Below the pieces are notes generated by a model that saw nothing but the letters and a program-made list of their open reading frames with translations, had not been told where the DNA came from and did not search any database. The translations under genes and the position numbers were made by a program. A DNA stretch of 61,869 nt, counting the filler, from Choristocarpus tenellus KU-1152 (taxonomy: Eukaryota; Protista; Phaeophyceae), in NCBI GenBank assembly GCA_964200185.2. It is 12 parts of 12 records of this genome, joined end to end, with 100 filler letters (N's around TTAATTAATTAA, not from the genome) between each part and the next. Parts side by side here need not be neighbours in the genome. Positions count along the whole stretch, not along the records: positions 23,933 to 32,047 come from CAXNAD020005127.1; positions 32,148 to 36,167 come from CAXNAD020016639.1; positions 36,268 to 39,267 come from CAXNAD020023030.1; 9 more parts are not named here. One strand, written 5' to 3'. This document shows positions 23,833-36,312 of the stretch, one piece after another. How positions within the stretch are numbered: position 1 is the first letter of the stretch; each line of letters opens with the position of its first letter.

Positions 23833-25974
23833 NNNNNNNNNNNNNNNNNNNNNNNNNNNNNNNNNNNNNNNNNNNNTTAATTAATTAANNNNNNNNNNNN
23901 NNNNNNNNNNNNNNNNNNNNNNNNNNNNNNNNGGGGGTTCAAAGAAGGGAAGGGAGGGATAGAGGCAGCAGAAACTAGAGTAACAGGGTACATCACAAAG
24001 GTAGTCAATTGCAGCAGGTGTCTTGAGTATCAAGACAGGAGGATCAACTACCATCTTAAGTTGCACCGAGCGCAGCCTTTTTTGAGCAGACTCTTTCTTT
24101 GGGTGAAGGGTTTAGGGCTAAGGGTGTACAGAAGTGTCTTTCCAACATCACCAGGGATAAGGAGTTGTAAGAGTTCTCATCCTCACCCTTGAGAAAAAAA
24201 TATACTACTTTTTATGTGAAGACAGGATTGCATAGTGGGTCAAGTGGGGGTCCTTGACTAGCCAGCATGACACTAGTCAACAGGTGGAAGGTGCCTGCAC
24301 ATTGGTTCCTTCGGGTGCTCCCACTCCTTAGTACCATCCTCACTCCCTCCCTCCATTCCACCCCCACTTATGTTTTTGATGACCACATTTGAGTAGTCTG
24401 TCCCTTTCTACCAGATACATACTTCCTCTTTCACAACAAAAAAAAGAGAAAACAACTTCGCACACAGACAGTCAGCCTCCAACCATATCTTGCATCCCCC
24501 CTCCCCCCACCCCCACCCCCCCACCCCCCCCCTCCAATCTCACATAAACCACATGTCCCTTGATATAATTAGTATGACTAGGGTGCATTCGAGGAGCTCA
24601 AGTTTGCAAAACACTTCCACTTATCTAGCACATTTGATTCATCCACATCACTTTGCTGGCATACTCCAGGCTACTTCCTGCTACGTGTCAAGCTCTTCAC
24701 CTGCTAGGCTCAGCAAACTCCGGCAAAGTCACAAACCGTTCCGCAATTGCCTGCCAAGTTCCTAGCAAATTCCTGTGGCAACCACTCCAGTCACAGAATC
24801 CAGACAAAACTGGCTTCTCTCCCTCATTCTGATTGGTCAGAAATTTGGGGGAAGGGGAGAGGGGGGAGCAATGGTGCTCAGATTTCACCCACACACACGG
24901 CACATCATGTAGAAAGGATGCACAAAAAAACTTACAATGCAAAATTAGAGAATGCCTTCCTTCTCAAGGTACTAGAGAGAGTCCTGTATGTTCGTGAGTG
25001 AGTTGTGGTGTGTGCACTCCAGCCAGGGGAGTACAAAATGACAACCAGGGCATTCAACAAGATTGCTTTCAACGGTTGCGTATGTTGGTGAGCTGTGGAT
25101 GAAGAATTCGAATTCGCAATTTTAAATACTTCTATAATCATTTCACTGCACGGTTGGGTCCTAAAGGGTTAGGGTTAGAGTTAGAGTTAGAGAGGACAAC
25201 TAATTAGCCAGGGTGCATGCAGAGGAAGGGTGCAAGCGATTACCATGGTGATGTCAGCAATGAGAAAGGTAGAACAAGAACGATGTAATCTCATGTTGAA
25301 TAGTATAGTCATTACTGACGCAGGTGGTGGAATATATGTCCTCGAATGCTCTCGCATCCAACACACTGTTAAGTAAGCACTGTTAAGTTGACAGGGTACT
25401 TCATTAAGATGTGAATCTCTGATCAAATGTAGACCAACAAGAAAATCGACATTCAATCCTTGCCTTCCAATTTTTCACTCAACCTTTTGTCAATAATTAG
25501 CCACAAACTCAGGTGAAAAACTTCCACAACACCTGGCTGGCCTCAAGTATCTCCCAAAACCAGGGTTATGAAAGAAGTTCTGAACCTGAAACAACTTTTG
25601 ACATGTTGTACCAAACTTCTGGAAGAGGAGAAAGGTGGTACCCAAGTGTATCCAAGGCGAGTGAGCAGGAGAGGCGAGGGGGCTGTCACATGCAAAGACT
25701 ACCACCGATGTGTTCACTGCAGACTTCAAAAAAGTGACCTAACTCCCCAGATAAGACACCAGACGCACAGGGTACATTCTGCCCACCGAACAGGAGAACA
25801 GACTGCTTGAAACGTTCTAGTTTATGATCGGCAGGACATTATGACACGAGGTAGAGGCGAGCTCTTAACTAAAAAAAGGTACACGCACTTGACCTTATCA
25901 CAACATACCACAACGTACCATTCACAACCAAATAGTAACAACTACACGGTATATATGAACACTTCAATCACAGA

Positions 25975-26022
<48 letters not shown>
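25975..26022. repeat. (GT)n microsatellite; another at 26850-26886
   Basis: Read directly. Confidence 0.95.
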
Positions 26023-26025
<3 letters not shown>

Positions 26026-26086
26026 AGCAATACTTTTCGAGCCTCTTTCGAATCTGTTTCCTATGCCATTCCTCTATTATGAACTT

Positions 26087-26170
26087 GTCTTTGTCCATGT
26101 AGTTTGGTCGGTAGTCCACCCCAATATTGCTTTGGGATTGGCAGGGTTCAAACCCCGGTTGCAGAGACGA
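26087..26170 (+). mobile_element. Degenerate tRNA-like sequence, probably a SINE head or pseudo-tRNA
   Basis: A-box-like TAGTTTGGTCGGTAG, 5-bp stem with 7-nt loop CCCAA-TATTGCT-TTGGG, B-box GGTTCAAACCC; the acceptor stem is not in canonical register. Confidence 0.45.
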
Positions 26171-26555
26171 GATTTTCTTGGCAGGAAATTTTGTTTGACT
26201 TGGATGAACCACTTGGCAGGTGTGCATTGGGAAGGTACACCTGTACCTTTCTATTTCGTACTTACCACAAAAGGGGACACACGGTAAATTCTGCATCGTG
26301 GTGGAGAAGATTTGCTACAGACGGAAGGGTTTTGTATGTGGTTTGAGGGAGGAGGCGGAGTGACAAGCGGAAGGAGGGCTGAACCCAGCAAAAGAAAAAA
26401 AAATCAAGGTAGGCATAGAATGGTGCAATTAGTAACGCAGAGCAAAAGGTAGCTTGTAGGGTGGAAATAATGGTGCAGTTCCAGAAAGACGTGAGTGTGA
26501 TGATAGTAGTAGGAGTAATAAAAAGTAATGTACTACTGTCCTCTACTTCCTTTAC

Positions 26556-26846
26556 CTTGATGTAAGCCACGAAGTCCGCCTTTGGTCGCAGCCTCTCCAC
26601 TGTTTTTGGCACCCGGAGTAAAGAGTCTTCTATCTCCTCAACAGGGACATGCCTTCCTGTTATCTTTGCTCGCTGCTTGGCCCTCTCCAGCACTTGATCT
26701 CTCCCGGCAAAAACATACAGAATAGCAATGCGGTACTCGGGGTGGTTCTAGGTATCTCATGAGGATCATCAGGGACATTGGGGCAGTTGGGAGGAAATGA
26801 GGTTGAGTAAGTAAATGCACAAACACCGTTGTATTGTGTAATAATC

Positions 26847-26888
<42 letters not shown>

Positions 26889-29041
26889 GGTGGTGGAGGT
26901 GGGGGAGTATTTTGGGGGGGGACTTTTGCATTGAAGGGGAACAGAACTACCCCACCTCTTCATACACAATTTGAGAGATGCAGAACTAGTTGCACAGAAC
27001 AAAAGCAGTAACCTTAAAAACGAGATGCAACCATCTTCAGGTTTCTCAAAAGACTGCAAAGAATGTTCACACCTCAAAGTAACACTCGATGCTAGTGTTG
27101 CCCTGGAATGTTTGGTTAAATTTGAACTGTAACAACTCTTGTCAGGACAGCACCCTATCTTTTTGTCTACCTATCAAGCCAGGAAGGACATCTCTCAAAG
27201 TCACCTGCTCAACAATATCTGATATCCAGGGCAATGCTTTGCTGCACATAGTGCTACATAATATCTTGTGTTGTGCTAGTCTTATGTTGTTCAAGTTGCA
27301 AAATACTCCAAATATATCAATTGGTTAATCCCACCATGAAGGACATCTCTCAAAGTCACCTGCTCAACAATATCTGCTATCCAGGGCAATGCTTTGCTGC
27401 ACATAGTGCTACATAATATCTTGTGTTGTGCTAGTCTTATGTTGTTCAAGTTGCAAAATACTCCAAATATATCAATTGGCTAATCCCACCATGAAGGACT
27501 TGTATGTATGCTTTTGGTGGCGCAGATGATGAAGATAATGGAACAACAGCCAAATTTGGACATGGGATCGATCAAGTACCCAGAGACTATTCCAAGGTCT
27601 TTCGCACACATGTACAGTCCTGGCCTGAACTTATATTAATGCATCAAGCAAAAAGTTGACCAATACTTCCCCCACATTTCTCTGCCATCCATATCTGCCC
27701 TGCACTGGTCATGGCAAAAAAGGCATCAGCCACAGACTAAAAACACTTCACAAAGTCAATTACTGTAATAACAACTACAATGAGAAATGCTTCCATGACT
27801 TAAATTCCCCTGATAACCCCGTTCAATCAACTACCATGTAGTACTAGAGATACATATATATATATATTGCATGGTTTATTATGGTTGCAAAGTGGGTGCA
27901 GGTCATTGTTCAATATGCAAGCACCGATGCACTCACCAGCCGAATATCCTCGAACACCTGCTCGTACCACTGGCCATCACGGAGTGAACCGTCTGCCCAG
28001 ATATTCTTGCATTCTGACATAGCGACCTGCATGTGAGAAGTGGGGTAGGGCAGCAATCCTGGGCACAGCAACATCACTCTCTTTGCAAATTCCTACCTCA
28101 TTACAGGCTCAGTAACCACCGACCTCCCAAATTGGGAATAACTGCACGTTGTGCATATACAAACGAAAAAGATGGGGAGTCAGCACGAATGGGAAGGGAA
28201 CCTGTACTTGTCTGGTGGTTATAAATACCACTGTACCACCCCACTTCGCACGAGGCGACTCAACAGATGCTAAATAATTCGGCAGTCCTACCACTGCTCA
28301 CCTCCTGGGCAACCTCCACCAGATAGCCAGACTCTCTTCGAGTTAGACGCCCTGCTTGTTTGTGATTCTTTTGGCAGTACCCAGGCCACTCTGGAAAGTC
28401 GGCCTTGAATTGGTCTGGGTCTATAATCACAATATCTGGGAGTGGAAACAGCCCCTCCCTAGACATCCAAGATATCACATGCGACTTGCCCGCCCCCATC
28501 GCCCCCGCAGTGAAAACTATCCATGGGTGGTCCTTTCGGGACGACGATCCCACCACATTGCGTACAAGCGAGTCTGCCGTCGAACATGAGTCAGAGTTGG
28601 GGCATTTGATTGAGGAGTCAGGAGATAACGTAATATGCATCACGAGAGAATGTTAACACTGCACCATACATCACGACAGACAACTCTCTAACTGGAGAAG
28701 GTTGGAGCTGAACACTCTCGTGCGTATATAATGACTTCAACTACAGCATTAACCATAGCAAACCTTGAAACTCCTGCCTTGCCCTGATATAGTTCCCATG
28801 GTAATCGAAATCCCTCGATGCTCGAGCCCAAGCATAACGACCGAAGGAACGCCGGTCTCCTGGGAAGGATAAATAGTTTTCTTGGGTGCTCTTCGAGAAG
28901 TCGTAATTACCCGCTACCGCCCATTCGGTTCGCACACAGTTAGCGTCGGCCTCCTTTTCCTTCAAATCAATCAACCTCATCGATTGTGAGGTGTACATGC
29001 TCCATTTTCTGTTCGGCTTGGTCTGCTCTCCTATTTCCATC
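26556..29041 (-). CDS. Zeta-toxin-like P-loop kinase. Exons 28764-29041, 28302-28573, 27937-28026, 26556-26747; further 3' exons unresolved (candidates about 26266-26315 and 25535-25718)
   Basis: Phase-compatible GT-AG exons; motifs PWIVFTAGAMGAGKS (Walker A), IIDPDQFK, RRESGYLVE, NIWADGSLRD, IAILYV, RAKQRAKITGRHVP typical of the Zeta toxin/PezT fold. Confidence 0.88.
27183..27499. repeat. Near-perfect 155-bp tandem duplication in a Zeta-like gene intron
   Basis: GAAGGAC starts at 27183, 27338 and 27493. Confidence 0.92.
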
Positions 29042-30290
29042 CTGTCATAAGGTTGTTGTATTGCTTTGTGATGTTAAGTGTGTTGGTTTTGGAGAGAGTG
29101 CAATATACGGGAAGATAGGAAATATGATATGGTGCCAACTCACATAGACAAGCAACAAACAAACATTACATGAACAATATCGTCACGACACTCAATTTAG
29201 TCTTTTAGAACCACAACGTACCACATTTTGGTACGTGTACAATTGAATAGTGTAGAATTGAATTGTCACGAGATTGTACCAACGGTCAAACCAATTATTG
29301 TAATTTTGGTGTCTACCTTCACTTCACTACTACTTCTTTCGTTCCGTCTTCCCACCAGTTTCTGCTTGGTGTGCTACCTCGAAATATCCGTTTCTGTTGA
29401 GTGAGAAGAGCTGGAAGAACCAATGCTTGATGAATCTGACCCTATTTTGGAGGTATATCTTGTCGAGGGAGGAGGACGTGGTGCGCAAGACCTTTCTGAT
29501 AAGCAAGGAGGCGTGTCAGATCCTTAATATATGTTCTCGAACTAACTGTCCTCTCTCTGTGGGTTTGGGGGTGAGATCGAAACGAAGCAGACACGCACGT
29601 TGACTATCAATATCACACAGTCAATTTCGTCTGGCTGTTTTTTAAGGAGTTAACTGCTTGTTCTGTCCACATCACCACTCCCAACAATTGCAAGTATTTT
29701 TTAATATATTCCTAGGGTTCGGAGATAGCAGTCAGGTGGACCCCCCTTGGAAACACCAGAAGCACTCCTTACACACACACCCTCATCACCTTTCCCAGTA
29801 AAATTTGTATGGTGGATTTTTATATGGCATGCTTTTTTTGATGGAGTAGACCTTCCACAACACTCCACCACATACATCTCATATTATATATATTATATAT
29901 TTTGTAAGGAAAGTTCCTACTGTTTTTGCTTGATGGACCGGCATATTTCAACAACATACCGACTATTTTTGTAATCTTACGGGTAGGCAGGCAAAATCTA
30001 ACCAGCATACTGATTCTTGGATAGGAACATCAAACTCGTTTCTCTTCTCACAGTACAAATACCTGAAAGAGACCCTAATTTAGGACAGGTTGTGTACCTT
30101 TTCCTGTCTCAAAGTAGGAGCTACCTGTTTTTGTCTTGGAAACAAGAGTTACATTGATAAAATGTCATAGGAAACAGGATTGGAGGTCCATGTCTTATTT
30201 TCCAACTGTCGTCTATCGTAGTCACCCTACTGATCTTCATTTCATCTAGGATTCTGTCTCGCGAAAGGTTCACATTGTTTACCACAGAGA

Positions 30291-31755
30291 ATGCCAGACA
30301 ACTTCCCTGATAGAGGTGAAACACCTGCGCCTTTGACACCCAATATAGTTGCTAGTCTCACCGGCGAGGGGCTTACCCCATCATGTCGAAAACATCGACA
30401 CCCCTTCTCTTTCTCTCTCGAAGCTGGTCTCAGCGAGGAATCTGTCGAGGGATCAGGGGATGAGTCCGAGGGAAGTCCTTGGAACTCCTCGGAAGGTTCG
30501 ATCGAGGGCACAGGGTCAGTATTGTCTGAGGAGCTTGGGGATATCGTGTTCACAGACGATGAAATTGGCAGCGATATGGGGTACAACACCCCCAACCCAG
30601 ATAATATCGAGGGTAGGGAAGCTGCAGATGCTATTTCTTTGTTATCAAAGCAAAACTGTAAGACGTCCGGGAAGGTAAAGGGTGAGGAAGGAGGGCGTCC
30701 AACCCGTTCCTCTCATGTCAATGCACCTAGTGCATTGCTAGGTCCTCATTATCTTCCGCCTTCAACCTCCATAGTATCTGAGGATGACTCAACGGTCGCC
30801 TCGGTCATGCATAACCCTGGCAAGGACACATTGTTTTACGAGATGGGGACCGAAAAGACGAGATACACTGATGCAGTGCAGGGCAGGGAGGTGAAGGGAG
30901 AGGGGAAGGTTGAAGGGGAACTAAAGCTGATTGCCAGCTCGGGCGCTACTCAAGCCTGGCGAGAAAAGGTTTCTCCGTCTGTGGCATCTGAACTAGTTCC
31001 TACGGCGACGTGTAAGATCCTGGTAGTGGGGAATGCCAAGTGTGGCAAGACTTCGATTATCCGTCGGTTCGTTAGTGACAGCTTCTGCGTGACCTACAAT
31101 TCCACTGTTGGAGCTGATTATGCCATGAAGGACTTGACTGTGCAAGGAGGGGAAAGGGTGAGCAGACACTTTATGTGAACATTGCTTAACCACCTTCCCG
31201 ATGGCGCTTTTCTAAGGCATACATTATTGACAAGTTCAAGGGAGTTCATGTGGGTCTTCAAGTCATATCGGTATAGCCTCTACCCACTTTTGATATATTG
31301 GTGTCTCCCTAATACTCTTTTCCGTTTCCCACTTTGCTAAGGAGATATCGGCCAGTTTACCTTTCTCCACTGGTGCAAATTTCGAGTCAGGGAGGGGACC
31401 AGATTCCCAGGTCCTTTTGTGGCCATGGGAGAATCATATCCCAACCACCCACACTGGGACTTTTTCGACATACTCCAGGAGTTGCTGCTCAACACTTTAA
31501 GAACGACTCAAGCCCTCATGCAAATATATATATTTTTTGCAGTGTAAAGAAAGAATGAACTCGTTTTCAAATCCAGAGTCAGTGCCAAACATGAGGGGAA
31601 AAATGTACCCACAGGTGCGCCTACAGTTGTGGGATATCGCTGGACAGGATCGCTTTGCCAAGCTCACCAGGGCATACTTTCGTCGGGCCAAGGGAGCTAT
31701 TGTAGTCTGTGACGTGACACGAGAAGGGACTTTTGATGCTGTGAGCCGGTGGAAG
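30291..31755 (+). CDS. RAB32: Rab32/38/29-type small GTPase with a long N-terminal extension. Exons about 30291(or earlier)-31157 and 31615-31755; truncated by contig end
   Basis: KILVVGNAKCGKTSIIRRFV (G1), YNSTVGADY (G2), VRLQLWDIAGQDRF (WDIAGQ is the Rab32-group signature), TRAYFRRAKGAIVVCDVT; phase-0 GT-AG junction. Confidence 0.88.
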
Positions 31756-32147
31756 GTGGGGTGAGGAGGTAAAGTGTTAAAGGATATGGATCCATAGTCA
31801 ATCACTTGCTGATGGTTTCTTTGATGTGTGTCTTGGTCGTTGTGGGAGACCCTGCAAGGTGGTTTTACCCTTTGTGCAGGTTGATGAATAGGGTGGTGAT
31901 CATCACAACCATTTATTCTCGTTGGTGAACGATAGAAGTGTGAATATTTGCTGTTCTTCACACTCACCTTCATGGGGGGGGCGATGATGCTTTTGCTCCA
32001 GTTAGTTGGCCATGTGTACTCTTCCGTCCGTACCTTGCTCCACAGCCNNNNNNNNNNNNNNNNNNNNNNNNNNNNNNNNNNNNNNNNNNNNTTAATTAAT
32101 TAANNNNNNNNNNNNNNNNNNNNNNNNNNNNNNNNNNNNNNNNNNNN

Positions 32148-32247
32148 CCGACATATGCAACCCAACCCCCCAAAAATCGAAAAATAAAAAAATTGACCCC
32201 CATTGGACATCCCCCACCCCCCCCCCCCCCCCTAGATACTTTGAACC
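32148..32247. mobile_element. MITE family A partial copy at contig start
   Basis: CCCCAAAAATCG..CCCCATTGGAC, poly-C, then AGATACTTTGAACC. Confidence 0.75.
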
Positions 32248-32348
32248 TCTACCCCCGATTGGAAGCTCATGTTCTCCCTCTGCTGCTGTGTATCCCCCCT
32301 CCACTCGTTGTTTGTGATGGTTGTGTGTGCTGGGTGAGTAGTCACAAG

Positions 32349-35300
32349 GTTACTGACTACAAGACAATGTTCAGTGGTATCACCGAGGAATCACTTAGAG
32401 GTATAAATATAAATATATATATATTCCTGTACTGTTAGTGCTAATATATAACAAATGTTTCTGTGATAATGACTGCGTATATGTTCCTCTCGACTCTTGT
32501 TTTCACAATATGAGTCCCACTTGGCATGCTCATCTCTCACCCCTTTGCCCCAGTTCATTCTACCTCCTTTACACATTGCTGTGCAGGGGCTTAAACAGGG
32601 TACCCTTACTATTGGGGGGCAGAGTGCCGACCGACTGAATCCATCCATATATATACATATATGTGTGTGTGTATATGTAAATACATGAATTCATCGACTG
32701 AAAAATTAGAGGTTTGGTGTAGTGGTACATTACTTGATGACATTTGTTGGCAATGGTATCATTATACCGATACAGGTATAGATACATAGATATGTAGATA
32801 CACTCTATGGTTTTTTAAAATATATATTTGTACCACACTGTTGACTGTATCCCCATCTTTTGACAATTGCAGGTACAATGTCCTTGTTGGCTATTTAGAA
32901 TAGCTCTTGTTTTCCATGTTTTCCATGTACCTGTCCCACCCTCATTCCACATACCGAGGCATGAGCGGTAGCCCTCTCTTCTACCCTGGTCTCCTGTGCC
33001 CCTTAGTTTGGTGACTGACCATTGATCTCCCGGGATCCAGTCCTAGTCCTTGGCTAATGGCCTCCCTTAGTATATGGAACTCCCCCTGTGGTGTGATACA
33101 CTGTTGTTGTAATTTCATTATTTGAACCCTTGTGTGTCTACTCTTTTTTTAAATTCTGTATATTATTGATTTTTCTTTTTTTTTGTGGTTATTATTCTGT
33201 GTACCCCACTTCACCTCTTGCGTTGTGTGTAGGAAATAGAAGTAAAATAGATTCTAGTCCATTTTTTTTTTTTAAGATTTATGTACGTAATACTTGGGTG
33301 TAGTTTAGAAGAGTGTGAGGGGAGGACCCCCTACCGTCTGTGTTATTGCAGTTTAAAATAGCAGTGACAAGACCCTTTTTCTTGGGTGTCAAATCGCACC
33401 ATCTACACTGTGCACTTTTTTAATTTGAAGTTCTCTTGGGTATTATTGTGGCTTGGGCATTGTAAGAGAGTTGTAGGGTATTATTGTGGAACGTACTAGG
33501 TACATGAAATAAGAATGGGAATAAGGATTCATGTGTTTTCGGGGTTATATTTTTTTGTTCTTTTGCAGGGGGGGGGGGGGAAGGGGGGGGTAGTCCCACA
33601 AACAACATTTTTTTTTTTACTTCAGCAGTGTATTGAGATAGGGATTTACTGTGAAGCGCCTTCCGAGGTGTATTTTTGAGGTTGAAGTTTGGACTGGGTT
33701 TGCTGTGCCGGCGTGGATGTTTGATATCGTAGGGGGAGGTATCATTGTTTTGAACAAGGTCCTTAGTGGTAGTTTGTTGCTGGGATAGGGTTAGGGAGAG
33801 GCTTTGAGGGCTGTCTGGCCTTAACACCATCATCCTCCGTAGTTTTTTATTTTATTGTGTGTGGGGGGCGTGTTTTTGTCCTTGAGGTGTGACCTAACCC
33901 TAACCCGAAGAGGTCATTGTTTCCTAGCTATTTTATTTTTTTGTCAGGATTTTCCTTACTGAGAGTGGTGGTGTGCTGGCAGATGAGATGAGATGAGATG
34001 AGATGCAGGTTGTGATCTGAGGGATTAAATTAAAAAATGGATGGTGTTAAATATTGAAGTAATATATATTGAAATTGGATCATGTTTTGATCGATCCATG
34101 GTTGATGAGTCGCAACAATTTGGTTAGATCGCAATTAATCAAAGCTGAAAAAAATTTGAGGGACGTTTTTTGATTGGTTACTATTTTGCGCGGATTTGTG
34201 GCGTGCGCACTTGCCTGCAGAGCTCAGCGATGCGCTCACCGCCATTCGTGCGTTTGCTTGCAGGTTTTGATCGTTATCGAGTACTTGGTACAAAAGAAAA
34301 AAAAACTAGTAAATTTTTGATGTATTGTAATATATACTTAATTATTAATAACTTTTACAGTCACGTTATTGGAAAAATAAAAAGAGGTTTACTGCTCTGA
34401 CCCAGCCCCCACTTTTTTTTTGCATTCAAAGCTTATCTTTCGAGTTTTGGTCGTTTTGATTTGCTGGCTGGATGTAAGTATTGAGATGGTCCATCCGAAA
34501 AGTGCTTTGTAGATTATTTTTTTTCAAAGCATTAGAGTTTTATTGTCCCTTTCTTATGGCTCAGGGCATTTTTTTATTTTTAAAATCAACAAGCGCTAGA
34601 AATGGATGAGGTTTGTCATTGAATGGAATGGTTCCGAATGATCTTGACAGTTTTTGACAGCTTTTTTTTTAATTACAAATTTTGGCTATAGAGTTCTCTG
34701 CAATTTGTATCAGAAACAGACCCCCGTGTTTGTTGGAGATACGGCCCTTTATAGATTTGAAATATTTTGATCCATAAATTATTTTACATCATCTTAGGTA
34801 CCATTGCCTCCCTTCTAGCCCTAACCCTAACCCTAACTCTTCCAGGAGTGACACGGACGCTATCAGACGTCCAGCGTGAGGTCCTGACCTTTGTCAGTGC
34901 AAACATTACCTACTTGGTGGGACACAGCCTGGACAGCGACCTAAAGGCCTTGTGCCTTGTCCACCGAAAGCTGATTGATACATCTGAGCTGTATCCACAC
35001 CCCAAGCATGCCCCGTTCAGGGTAATGAATGACACCAAGAGGCTTGGATGAGGGTTGTTGTTGACCTAGTTTTTTGTTTCCCTCCCAATCATCGTTTATA
35101 AGTAGTTTTTTGTTTGTTTTTTTGGGGGGGGGCTGGCTTTGGGTGTGGTGTAAGTTGTTGGTGTTTGGAGTGAGCGTGTCGTTATGGATTTTTTTGTGGT
35201 TAAAGGGTGTTTTGCTACTTGTGTACGACTCCTGGTTTTTTTGTTTCTTTACTCGCTGGCTCTCTTTGTGGTGAGTGAATGAGGTAGGTTCGTTGTTTGT

Positions 35301-35936
35301 CTTTATTTTTTTTATTACTTGAAGTGATCTCGTGTTTGCTGCACAGTGTGAGTCTCATTACTGGGTCATTCACACATACGCCCCTCCCCCTCCTCTAGAA
35401 AGGGCCATCTATTTCTTTTTTTTCCTGGAAGTTGCTGTTCGTCGTCCAATCACACGCCTATGTGGTATTTCATCAACCTTTTTTTGGCTTGTTGTGGTTG
35501 GTTGTACCTATATTTAGGTACTTGATTTCTAGATGTTTTTAAGTACTATGTGCTTTAAAGCATGTTGGTTTTTCAAGTACACATAGAGTGGGTATAGCAT
35601 TTGTAGGTAGACTGTCAGCAATATGTTCATTCCTTCGGCAGTCTTCCCAGCCACCCCCAATTGGTTGCCATTTTATAGAGGAGTTGAATTGGTTTTAGGA
35701 ATACATGATTTGCCATCAGGTTGGGGTTAAGGGCTACCTAGAGTCTCTCTTTATCCAGCATATGCAGTGTATACATTCATTGCGCACCTATCCTTCCCTC
35801 CCCCACCCCCTCCCCCCTCTTTTCTGTTTCTACGTTGACCTCAACGAAATACTTTCAGAATGGCTTGCGCAATCTCTCCCAGATGTTCCTGGGGCGGAGC
35901 ATTCAAAGTAGCAAGGGTGGCCATGACAGTTTGGAG
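32349..35936 (+). CDS. REX1/REXO1-like DEDDh RNA exonuclease, internal exons 32349-32400, 34846-35021, 35859-35936
   Basis: Phase-compatible exons: VTDYKTMFSGIT, LVGHSLDSDLKAL (ExoII), IDTSELYPHP, GLRNLSQMFLGRSIQ..GHDSLE (ExoIII). Confidence 0.92.
33620..33840 (-). pseudogene. Possible Penelope-like RT remnant; similar remnant at about 41220-41480
   Basis: DLVQNN..IHAGTA..SKIHLG resembles the PLE motif LVLxNN..QxxGTAMG..ANIYMG. Confidence 0.3.
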
Positions 35937-36312
35937 GTGATTTGTTCCTTCCCAAGGAGAGAGAGAGAAGAGGAGGTTGTTGTTCGACAATATCAAAAGT
36001 ATCTGGAGTAGAATTGGTGGGAAACTCGGAGCATTGGTTAAAATGACAGCGGTGGTTTGTAACGTTACACCGCCTGAATGGTGTTGAATCCTCTACATGA
36101 GTATCTCTTCGTAGTGTGTGGGAGGGGTAGACATGTTGGCACTCTAGGTTGTGGTGAAGGAGGGGGGNNNNNNNNNNNNNNNNNNNNNNNNNNNNNNNNN
36201 NNNNNNNNNNNTTAATTAATTAANNNNNNNNNNNNNNNNNNNNNNNNNNNNNNNNNNNNNNNNNNNNGGTGGTGCCCGCCCACACCCCCCTCCCCCCCCC
36301 CCCCCCCCCACC

